In this document: piece by piece, positions 38,698 to 44,841 of the stretch | Layout: every line of letters starts with the position of its first letter | Position numbering within the stretch: the stretch's first letter is position 1 | IMG/VR virus record: IMGVR_UViG_3300017963_000022 | Length of the DNA stretch: 64,000 nucleotides | Strand: one strand, 5' to 3' | From: an uncultured virus (IMG/VR IMGVR_UViG_3300017963_000022) | Taxonomy: Duplodnaviria > Heunggongvirae > Uroviricota > Caudoviricetes | Position numbers and translations under genes: made by a program | The notes under the pieces: model-generated | Database searches by the model: none | Told to the model about the DNA's origin: nothing | Seen by the model: only the letters and a program-made list of their open reading frames with translations

Positions 38698-39092
38698 TAA
38701 ATCATATCTCCATTTTGTCTTCTACCTTTGCCTTGCTCATTCAAAGAACCAAATGTTTGTGTAAGTGAATGACAGTTGGGACAAAGAACTTGAAGATTTT
38801 CTGGTTTATTGTTTCTATAATTTCCATCTATATGATGAATTTGTAAAGGAGCTTTATTAGAATATTTGTTTATTTCTGACCAACCACACACCTCACACTT
38901 GTATTGAGTAGCCTCTAATAAATAATCTCTAATTATTTTTGAAAGCTCCCCCCTTTTTCCACGAATACCATCAAATTCTCCGGCTAACCAATTTTGTATT
39001 TTTTCACTTCTTTGATAGATTTGTTGGCATTTTCCAGAACAATATTTTCTTCCTCTATTTAATTTTCCTTTACAGTTTTTACATTTACTCAT
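38697..39092 (-). CDS. HNH endonuclease (homing-type)
   Basis: CEVCG...LQIHHIDGNYRNNKPENLQVLCPNCH. Confidence 0.9.
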   Translation of the reverse strand: MSKCKNCKGKLNRGRKYCSGKCQQIYQRSEKIQNWLAGEFDGIRGKRGELSKIIRDYLLEATQYKCEVCGWSEINKYSNKAPLQIHHIDGNYRNNKPENLQVLCPNCHSLTQTFGSLNEQGKGRRQNGDMI

Positions 39093-39105
39093 AATTTTTA
39101 AATTG

Positions 39106-39191
39106 TGACGGTGATAGGATTCGAACCTACTGTGTTTCTATTGTATCGGGGTTACAGCCCGATGCCACTCCACCATCGTGACCGCACCGTC
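39106..39191 (-). tRNA. tRNA-Tyr(GTA)
   Basis: TCGGG-CTGTAAC-CCCGA; long variable region. Confidence 0.85.
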
Positions 39192-39194
39192 AGG

Positions 39195-39262
39195 CAGGGC
39201 GTGAAGGCATCGAACCTCCTTTAGGAGTTTTGGAGACTCCTTTCTTGCCGAAAGAACGCCCT
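39195..39262 (-). tRNA. tRNA-Trp(CCA) with a miniature D-arm
   Basis: AGGGCGT/ACGCCCT acceptor; AGGAGT-CTCCAAA-ACTCCT; 68 nt. Confidence 0.75.
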
Positions 39263-39265
39263 ATA

Positions 39266-39337
39266 AAGCCTCAGTGAGAATCGAACTCACCATTAACGAT
39301 TTTGCAGATCGCTCCCTAGCCGATTGGGTTTGAGGCT
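39266..39337 (-). tRNA. tRNA-Cys(GCA)
   Basis: GCGAT-CTGCAAA-ATCGT; U73. Confidence 0.85.
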
Positions 39338-39441
39338 ATTTTCTTTTTCATCTAATCGGCTTGCCCACCATCTAAGTAACTCCAATGCTTCTGGTGAATT
39401 TCCACACTCATCAATCCACACTAGAGGGGGTGGTATACCTT

Positions 39442-39645
39442 TTAGTTTACGTGTCCTTTTGTCCATCCTAAACCTTTCATTACTACAGTGGTTGGTTCAT
39501 ACTTTCTAAAAAATCTACCATTACATTGTTCTATTCCTTCAGGAAGTTTAACATGTGGTTTATAGTAGTAAAAGGGAGTGACTCTATGAGTTGTACTGTA
39601 AAATTCATAGCCACAGGTTTCACATTTATATGTATAAGTAGACAT
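39442..39645 (-). CDS. FmdB-like zinc-ribbon protein
   Basis: MSTYTYKCETCGYEF...MKGLGW; start trimmed to avoid tRNA-Ser; AAGGAG RBS. Confidence 0.65.
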   Translation of the reverse strand: MSTYTYKCETCGYEFYSTTHRVTPFYYYKPHVKLPEGIEQCNGRFFRKYEPTTVVMKGLGWTKGHVN

Positions 39646-39665
39646 AGCTTCTCCTTTCATTTCAG

Positions 39666-39750
39666 CGGAGACGGTAGGAATCGAACCTACGCTCCCGTGC
39701 GGAAGACTGTGGGTTAGCAACCCAATGCATTACCTCTCTGCCACATCTCC
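39666..39750 (-). tRNA. tRNA-Ser(GCT)
   Basis: TGGG-TTGCTAA-CCCA; long variable arm. Confidence 0.88.
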
Positions 39751-39941
39751 TAGTAATCCAAAAGAATATAACCGTCAACAGCTATACATGCTTCTTCGAT
39801 AGAGTACGTACCTGCTAAGATTTTCTCTAGTACTTCTTCAGTTCCCATATTGTCATCACCAGCATCAATACGGCGAAAGTGCTCGATTCTATTAATAAGT
39901 CTGCGAAAGTATTCAACATCAATTCTTTTGTAGTCTTGCAT
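39750..39941 (-). CDS. Hypothetical protein
   Basis: AAGGAG RBS. Confidence 0.6.
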   Translation of the reverse strand: MQDYKRIDVEYFRRLINRIEHFRRIDAGDDNMGTEEVLEKILAGTYSIEEACIAVDGYILLDY

Positions 39942-39963
39942 ACTGACTCCTTTCCTAAACCGA

Positions 39964-40035
39964 TACCCCTGCGTGGAGTCGAACCACGTTCTCCGGTTTA
40001 AAAGACCGATGCTTCACCACTAAAGCTTCAGAGGT
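39964..40035 (-). tRNA. tRNA-Lys(TTT)
   Basis: TCGGT-CTTTTAA-ACCGG. Confidence 0.9.
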
Positions 40036-40037
40036 AA

Positions 40038-40268
40038 TTAAAATTCTTTAACAAAAAATAAATTACCAGGATAAAATTTATCATACTCGCCTTTATAGTA
40101 GGTAGCAGAATTTTCCCATTCCCATCCATTTCTTTCAAACATCTTTATTATGGAAGAATGGTGTAAATAAAAAGCTCGTATACGTAACACTACTTCTAAA
40201 TTACCAGAGAAATTTATTCCAAAACTAATTTCAGAATCCAAAACCTGTCCTGACCTAATCTTTAACAT
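40038..40268 (-). CDS. Hypothetical protein
   Basis: ORF track. Confidence 0.5.
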   Translation of the reverse strand: MLKIRSGQVLDSEISFGINFSGNLEVVLRIRAFYLHHSSIIKMFERNGWEWENSATYYKGEYDKFYPGNLFFVKEF

Positions 40269-40271
40269 CTG

Positions 40272-40763
40272 TTACTCCGGCATCCAGGCTTCTTCTACAT
40301 CTGTCAACTTGATTACAAGTTGTGGATGTTCAAAGCTCCAAAGTTCGTGACCATCTGCTCGCTGTTCGTTCATTACGATGTAAGCAACTGCTCCACCGTC
40401 ATAAGAACTTGGACGAGGGTTTCCATAATGATAGTCATTACCTTTAGCATAAACAGCTAATGGTCTACCTGCTGGTATCTTAATACGTCTACCTGCGGTG
40501 TTATTAGCCCACTCATCATTCTCATACGGAGTTAAAACATTATCTTTATCTGCATACCAGAGCACACAATTTTGTTTTGCTTTAACATAACCAACAAGTA
40601 GCCCACCTAAATGTGTAGGGTAAATACCACTTTTGTAATCAAAGATTTCAGGGTCAGTTGGTTCTGGTGGTAACGGTGGTTCTGGTTCTCCTGGAAGGAA
40701 ACCAGATAACCATTCTAAAAATTTTTCAAGGAGGCTAATCAGCCATCCAATAAAATCACTCAC
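40272..40763 (-). CDS. Protein with N-terminal amphipathic helix and Pro-rich linker
   Basis: MSDFIGWLISLLEKFLEWLSGFLPGEPEPPLPPEP; AGGAG RBS. Confidence 0.7.
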   Translation of the reverse strand: MSDFIGWLISLLEKFLEWLSGFLPGEPEPPLPPEPTDPEIFDYKSGIYPTHLGGLLVGYVKAKQNCVLWYADKDNVLTPYENDEWANNTAGRRIKIPAGRPLAVYAKGNDYHYGNPRPSSYDGGAVAYIVMNEQRADGHELWSFEHPQLVIKLTDVEEAWMPE

Positions 40764-40937
40764 TCTATTCTCCTATAGGGTCTTCATAGTCCCAATCTCC
40801 ATTTTCGTCTATTGACACTTCTGGAGGAGGGTCTTCACATTCACCTACCCTACCACCGCATTTTTCGCAGTAATCTAAGTTATCAAATCCTTCTAGGTTA
40901 TTATCATCGTCAGGCATTTTATAACTCCTTTCCAAAG

Positions 40938-41009
40938 TACTCTCACATGGAGTCGAACCATGTTCTGATGGTTAAGAGCCATCTGCATCACCGGAAATGC
41001 TTTGAGAGT
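40938..41009 (-). tRNA. tRNA-Lys(CTT)
   Basis: GATGG-CTCTTAA-CCATC. Confidence 0.9.
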
Positions 41010-41013
41010 TTAT

Positions 41014-41089
41014 TCCCTTCCTGGCTAGAGCAATACTAGCGACTTCCATTCATTCGAGAGGGCTGTTTTAACCAAACTTCAAGGAAGGG
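41014..41089 (-). ncRNA. Degenerate tRNA-like element
   Basis: CCCTTCCT/AGGAAGGG closing stem, GTTT/AAAC D-like arm, GCTAG-N7-CTAGC T-like arm; anticodon arm unpaired. Confidence 0.4.
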
Positions 41090-41164
41090 CGAACAACCTA
41101 GTAAACTGTTCGTAAAGTTCCTCTGTCTGTGATAACTAGGACTCACAGCTTTATGGAACTCTAG

Positions 41165-41238
41165 TGCAGATACATGGATTTGAACCACGACTCTCCGCTT
41201 TATCAGAGCGGTGCTTTAACCAGTTAAGCTATACCTGC
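41165..41238 (-). tRNA. tRNA-Ile(GAT)
   Basis: CCGCT-CTGATAA-AGCGG. Confidence 0.93.
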
Positions 41239-41301
41239 ATAGTGTGTAGCAAATAAGTATATTGCGCTCCGCCGAACTCTGTTCGTTTGTTACACACTCA
41301 G

Positions 41302-41373
41302 CACCCTCACAGGGGATCGAACCCTGGTTGTCGGATTGAAAGTCCGGTAGCCTAACCACTAGCTGATGAGGGC
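41302..41373 (-). tRNA. tRNA-Glu(TTC)
   Basis: CGGA-CTTTCAA-TCCG. Confidence 0.9.
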
Positions 41374-41376
41374 GTA

Positions 41377-41459
41377 AGGAGAGTAATGGAGTCGAACCAT
41401 TATCCTAGAGGATAGGCAGGTTTTCAAGACCTGTTGAACACCATCGTTCCCTACTCTCC
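41377..41459 (-). tRNA. tRNA-Ser(TGA), probable 8/4 fold
   Basis: GGAGAGTA/TACTCTCC; CAGGT-CTTGAAA-ACCTG; TATCC/GGATA variable arm; ATGG/CCAT T-stem. Confidence 0.8.
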
Positions 41460-41464
41460 AATAG

Positions 41465-41538
41465 TAGCGGGTACGGGTATCGCACCCGTCTTAGCCAGCT
41501 TATGAGGCTGGTGAGAATCTCTTTGCCTCCCACCCGCA
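41465..41538 (-). tRNA. tRNA-Met(CAT), atypical (1:72 mismatch)
   Basis: CCAGC-CTCATAA-GCTGG; T-loop TGCGATA. Confidence 0.75.
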
Positions 41539-41543
41539 GTATT

Positions 41544-41738
41544 TTAATTTATTCCATAATCTTGAATATCTTTTAGTCTGTTGTAAATTGTTTCTAACAA
41601 CTTGTTTGTTTTCATATTCTGAAGAACAATAACAAAAAGTTCTACAGCAATTCCAGCAATTCCTACAGCAAACAAGATACCAAAATTTACAAAGAAACCA
41701 AGTTCTGTTTCTGTCACTCTAGTTCCTCCTGTAACCAC
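41544..41738 (-). CDS. Small membrane protein
   Basis: TM stretch; GGAGG before the internal GTG. Confidence 0.55.
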   Translation of the reverse strand: MVTGGTRVTETELGFFVNFGILFAVGIAGIAVELFVIVLQNMKTNKLLETIYNRLKDIQDYGIN

Positions 41739-41920
41739 TCTAAGTCATTGAAGTTTCCTCCAAATCTGTGATAGTCATTTCCACCATCTAGGAAGAAACC
41801 TCTTTCACCATCGGTTTCTTTAAAGCAAGCACAAGAAACAAAGTCGTGTCTAAATTTAGATTCTACTACGCAATCACAATTCTTGCATCTTGCCTTATTC
41901 TTATACTTCTTCTTGTCCAT
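41714..41920 (-). CDS. Small Cys-rich phage protein (CxxC...S..RHDF..C.C...DGG..Y)
   Basis: Recognisable phage motif. Confidence 0.7.
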   Translation of the reverse strand: MDKKKYKNKARCKNCDCVVESKFRHDFVSCACFKETDGERGFFLDGGNDYHRFGGNFNDLEWLQEELE

Positions 41921-41935
41921 TTGCTTTCCTTTCAG

Positions 41936-42007
41936 TGGAGGCGGTGAGAGTCGAACTCACATCCTGCACTTTATGAGAGTGTCGCTCAACCATTGAGCTA
42001 CGCCTCC
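41936..42007 (-). tRNA. tRNA(CAT): Met or lysidine-modified Ile2
   Basis: CACT-CTCATAA-AGTG. Confidence 0.88.
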
Positions 42008-42010
42008 AAA

Positions 42011-42092
42011 TACCGATAGTAGGAATCGAACCTACACTCCCGAAGGAACTCGTTCTTGAAACGAGTGTGTCTACCTATTTCACCATATCGGC
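42011..42092 (-). tRNA. tRNA-Leu(CAA)
   Basis: CTCGT-TTCAAGA-ACGAG. Confidence 0.92.
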
Positions 42093-42101
42093 CTAGTTAA
42101 T

Positions 42102-42344
42102 CTAACTATTCTGAGTTTCAGAAAATTTTCCTATAAGCCAAAGGTCAGGTAAAAATCCAAGCAGTAGCCAGTACCACCAATCTACCATTTGTATAGAAGG
42201 ACTTACCAAAGTAGTAATCCAATATACAATAAAGCCTATTGGGAATATGATAGCCACTCCCATTAAAAGTCCAAGAAGAATCGCAAGCGTTGTACTAAAG
42301 CTTGAGTATAGTCCTTGAAGTACTGTCCAAATAACTTTTTTCAT
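42102..42344 (-). CDS. Small membrane protein
   Basis: Two hydrophobic segments; GGAGG RBS. Confidence 0.65.
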   Translation of the reverse strand: MKKVIWTVLQGLYSSFSTTLAILLGLLMGVAIIFPIGFIVYWITTLVSPSIQMVDWWYWLLLGFLPDLWLIGKFSETQNS

Positions 42345-42379
42345 TCTTCCTCCAGTTTTTTTTTTTTTTTTTACTAAAG

Positions 42380-42453
42380 TGACCCTGGCTAGACTCGAAC
42401 TAGCGACTTTCGGTATGTAACACCGATGCTCTAACCAACTGAGCTACAGAGTC
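42380..42453 (-). tRNA. tRNA-Val(TAC)
   Basis: TCGGT-GTTACAT-ACCGA. Confidence 0.92.
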
Positions 42454-42525
42454 ATTAGGGATTGACTAAGGGCAAAGACTTGCCAAATCCACAGTCAAAA
42501 CAATCTGCCTTGCCAATCCCATTAG

Positions 42526-42596
42526 CAGGGGAGGAGGGAATCGAACCCCCGAAGTGGAGTCCAAAGCTCCATGTGTTACCTCTACACCACTCCCCA
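42526..42596 (-). tRNA. tRNA-Gln(TTG)
   Basis: TGGAG-CTTTGGA-CTCCA. Confidence 0.9.
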
Positions 42597-42600
42597 ATAG

Positions 42601-42684
42601 TAGCCTCGACAGGAGTTGAACCTGTACGCCCGAAGGCACATGTTCCTAAGACATGCGTGTCTGCCAAGATTTCACCACGAGGCC
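42601..42684 (-). tRNA. tRNA-Leu(TAG)
   Basis: CATGT-CTTAGGA-ACATG. Confidence 0.92.
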
Positions 42685-42761
42685 ATACTAAAGCAGACCA
42701 AATAACCACCTAACAATGTTATAGACCTGCTTTAATGTAGACCCTTACAGACCTACATTTG

Positions 42762-42843
42762 TGCTCACAGCAGGAGTTGAACCTGCACTCCCGTAGGAAC
42801 CTGTTCTTAAGACAGGTGCGTCTGCCAGTTTCGCCATGCGAGC
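42762..42843 (-). tRNA. tRNA-Leu(TAA)
   Basis: CCTGT-CTTAAGA-ACAGG. Confidence 0.92.
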
Positions 42844-42863
42844 AACTATTCTTTTTTCATCTC

Positions 42864-42983
42864 TTAGCTATTTGAACCAGAGAAGAGATCATCTAATGCT
42901 TCTACTTCGTCCCAATTAACATCGCCGTCTCCAGCAATGGACAGGTCTTCAGTAGGGATATAGTCTTCATCCCAACGTCTCAT
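42864..42983 (-). CDS. 39-aa acidic micropeptide MRRWDEDYIPTEDLSIAGDGDVNWDEVEALDDLFSGSNS
   Basis: Hand translation; AAGGAG RBS. Confidence 0.5.
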   Translation of the reverse strand: MRRWDEDYIPTEDLSIAGDGDVNWDEVEALDDLFSGSNS

Positions 42984-43042
42984 TTTTAACTCCTTTCTAC
43001 TTGGTTTACTCTACTCGTAAAGCTTGGAGTAGGAGTCTAAGG

Positions 43043-43115
43043 CGTACCAAACTGGAGTTGAACCAGTGACCTTTTGTTCTTCAGACAAACGCTCTACCGA
43101 CTGAGCTATTGGTAC
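43043..43115 (-). tRNA. tRNA-Phe(GAA)
   Basis: TTTGT-CTGAAGA-ACAAA. Confidence 0.92.
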
Positions 43116-43178
43116 ATAAGAGTCAGGTACTATCACCAAAGGTAGGTGCTTACCTTTGTCGGTGTTCGCTGACTCAAG

Positions 43179-43250
43179 AGCCCTCTGAGGGAATTGAACC
43201 CCCGCATCTTGGTTCGTAGCCAAGTGGTCTATCCTCTAACCTAAGAGGGC
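43179..43250 (-). tRNA. tRNA-Arg(ACG)
   Basis: CTTGG-CTACGAA-CCAAG. Confidence 0.92.
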
Positions 43251-43255
43251 AAAAA

Positions 43256-43327
43256 GGGGCAAGGTGTGGCAATAGGGGGCTTAAAATTTTCATCCAAAAT
43301 AGTAGTTAACCTATTACCTTCAGCCCC
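43256..43327 (-). ncRNA. Y-RNA-like element A
   Basis: GGGGC-U-GA-A-GGUAAUAGG-UUAAC ... CCUAUUGCC-ACAC-C-UU-GCCCC then U5. Confidence 0.7.
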
Positions 43328-43348
43328 ATAAAATTATTTCAAAAACTC

Positions 43349-43417
43349 GGACAAGTTATTATCGTAGGATGGCGGTTCTCCCAAAATGTAGAAAGATAAC
43401 CTACAGATATTCAGTCC
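43349..43417 (-). ncRNA. Y-RNA-like element B
   Basis: GGAC-U-GA-A-UAUC-U-GUAGG-UUAUC ... CCUAC-GAUA-AUAA-C-UU-GUCC. Confidence 0.7.
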
Positions 43418-43427
43418 TTGTAAAAAG

Positions 43428-43550
43428 TGGGCAGGATTGGATTCGAACCAATATTGAATCTTTTACAGAGATTTATGTTTACCGATAACCCTAACAATGT
43501 CAGTCTGTTAGACAAGGTATCTTGCAGGGAGCTTATTTCATCACCTGCCC
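43428..43550 (-). ncRNA. tRNA(GUA)-Y RNA chimera: cloverleaf with a permuted Y stem in the D-loop
   Basis: GGGCAGG/CCTGCCC-A acceptor; AATCT-CTGTAAA-AGATT; ATTGG-TTCGAAT-CCAAT; insert CCCT-GCAA-GATAC-CTT-GTCT-AAC-AGAC-TGA-CA-TTGT-T-AGGG-TTATC. Confidence 0.72.
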
Positions 43551-43558
43551 GAAAGAAT

Positions 43559-43626
43559 TAGATTAGAGTCTAAGCTAGCCTCGCTTAATCGTCCAGAAGT
43601 TCCGTGACCTCAAAGACTCTAATCTA
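43559..43626 (-). ncRNA. Unknown three-way-junction RNA
   Basis: Perfect 13-bp TAGATTAGAGTCT/AGACTCTAATCTA stem enclosing two hairpins. Confidence 0.5.
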
Positions 43627-43629
43627 TAG

Positions 43630-43702
43630 TGGACGAGGTGGGAGTCAAACCCACAACCTTCTCGGTGCAAACGAGATGCTCTCTCAGTTGAGCTACACGC
43701 CC
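43630..43702 (-). tRNA. tRNA-Ala(TGC)
   Basis: TCTCG-TTTGCAC-CGAGA; G3-U70. Confidence 0.9.
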
Positions 43703-43723
43703 ATGCGGAAGAACCACTTTCTG

Positions 43724-43797
43724 TCAAGGTGGCTGGATTTGAACCAGCGACTTCTTCGCCCCAAACGAAGCACTCTACCGGACTGAGCTACACCCTG
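43724..43797 (-). tRNA. tRNA-Pro(TGG)
   Basis: CTTCG-TTTGGGG-CGAAG. Confidence 0.93.
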
Positions 43798-43877
43798 ATG
43801 CGCCCACAAGAACCCTCCGACTTATAAGCGATGTCGTAACCCGTCACACCCATGTCACGATCTTCCCACGTATTACT

Positions 43878-43922
43878 ATCTTACTATATATTTACCAGAA
43901 AGTCAATAGTACCTTAGTACTA
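43878..43922 (-). promoter_or_regulatory. tRNA-array promoter with palindromic operator
   Basis: TTGACT (43901-43906), 17-nt spacer, TAAGAT; TAGTAC-N4-GTACTA at 43907-43922. Confidence 0.75.
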
Positions 43923-44219
43923 TTTCAATACATCGACAACTGTATCAAAATCCTTCTCACGTAAGTCTTTTACAACAACTGCCTGTGTATGTGCTGTTTG
44001 TGCTTTCTTAAGTTCTTCTGCCTTTTCGCCAAGATCGGTTTCAGCGGTCTGAAGACTTTCTCCTGCGACTTCTAAAGCCTGTTCAGCTAATTCTAAAACA
44101 TCTTTACCAGTGGTAAGTTTTGTAACAGTATCAATCTGAGATTGACGAATAGCTGGAGAAAAAGGTTTTCGAATAACTAACACAAAGGTTTTTACTTTAT
44201 CAGCAATAGCGAACTTCAC
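43920..44219 (-). CDS. Coiled-coil hypothetical protein
   Basis: AGGAGG RBS; GTG start. Confidence 0.7.
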   Translation of the reverse strand: MKFAIADKVKTFVLVIRKPFSPAIRQSQIDTVTKLTTGKDVLELAEQALEVAGESLQTAETDLGEKAEELKKAQTAHTQAVVVKDLREKDFDTVVDVLK

Positions 44220-44281
44220 AGAGTCCTCCTTTCTGGTATTAATATTATACCATAATTTTCTTTTTTGTTGGTACTTCTAGG

Positions 44282-44355
44282 GGTGTCTGATGGGGGTCGA
44301 ACCCACACTCTTTTAGGCCACAACTAAACGCTCTACCAATTAAGCTACAGACACC
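44282..44355 (-). tRNA. tRNA-His(GTG) with G-1
   Basis: TTTAG-TTGTGGC-CTAAA; G-1:C73. Confidence 0.92.
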
Positions 44356-44361
44356 ATAAAT

Positions 44362-44541
44362 CTACCATAGACTTGCTCTTTCATTGCACCAGTCATACAT
44401 TTCTTTAAACTCATGACGGTCTTCCCATTTTTCAGGACGGGAAGAATATCTCCGCTCTCTGAACTCTTCTGAAAACCCACATACAGGGCAGTAATGAACT
44501 GTGATAAAATACCAATGCGGCCTATGTTTATGTCCTTTCAT
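44362..44541 (-). CDS. 59-aa CPVCG-containing protein
   Basis: Hand translation MKGHKHRPHWYFITVHYCPVCG...; AAGGAG RBS. Confidence 0.6.
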   Translation of the reverse strand: MKGHKHRPHWYFITVHYCPVCGFSEEFRERRYSSRPEKWEDRHEFKEMYDWCNERASLW

Positions 44542-44557
44542 ACTTTCTCCTTTCAGG

Positions 44558-44833
44558 TGGAGTAGGGGGGAATCGAACCCCCGTCCAGAATACGTTGGGT
44601 CAACTGTTACTAGCGTTCCTCATTACCTAAGAGGTCAGGTTTGCTGATCTTTTATGGGGATGACCAGCTTCCACCAGCAGGTTTTGATTACGCTGGTACT
44701 GCTACAGCGGAGAGTTTTGGCTCAACTCTCAAGAGCTTTGCTACAAAGTTGGAGATTCGTTTAACTAAATTTCCGTTTGTTTTAAATGCTAGAAGTCTTA
44801 GCTTCATTTATTCTGTCGAAACCGATCTACCCC
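44558..44833 (-). ncRNA. ssrA: tmRNA (276 nt); predicted tag (A)GNLVKRISNFVAKLLRVEPKLSAVAVPA at 44688-44774
   Basis: 5' GGGGTAGATCGGTTTCGAC; 3' GGACGGGGGTTCGATTCCCCCCTACTCCA; G3-U70. Confidence 0.92.
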
Positions 44834-44841
44834 GTTGATTT

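Noticed and set aside
41273..41285. Canonical LexA box CGAAC-N4-GTTCG
   Set aside because: The spacer is 3 nt and the site lies inside a hairpin between tRNAs
42458..42520. Second tRNA-His (CTGTGGA loop)
   Set aside because: No D- or T-arm and weak pairing near the loop; kept only as a structured spacer
43428..43550. Group I or BHB intron-containing tRNA-Tyr
   Set aside because: The insert is far too short for group I, shows no clear bulge-helix-bulge, and matches the adjacent Y-like motif; not formally excluded
42455..43786. ORFs 42455-42709, 42462-42713, 43011-43223 and 43604-43786 (also 37531-37737, 40812-41039, 44641-44838)
   Set aside because: They overlap clear tRNA or tmRNA genes
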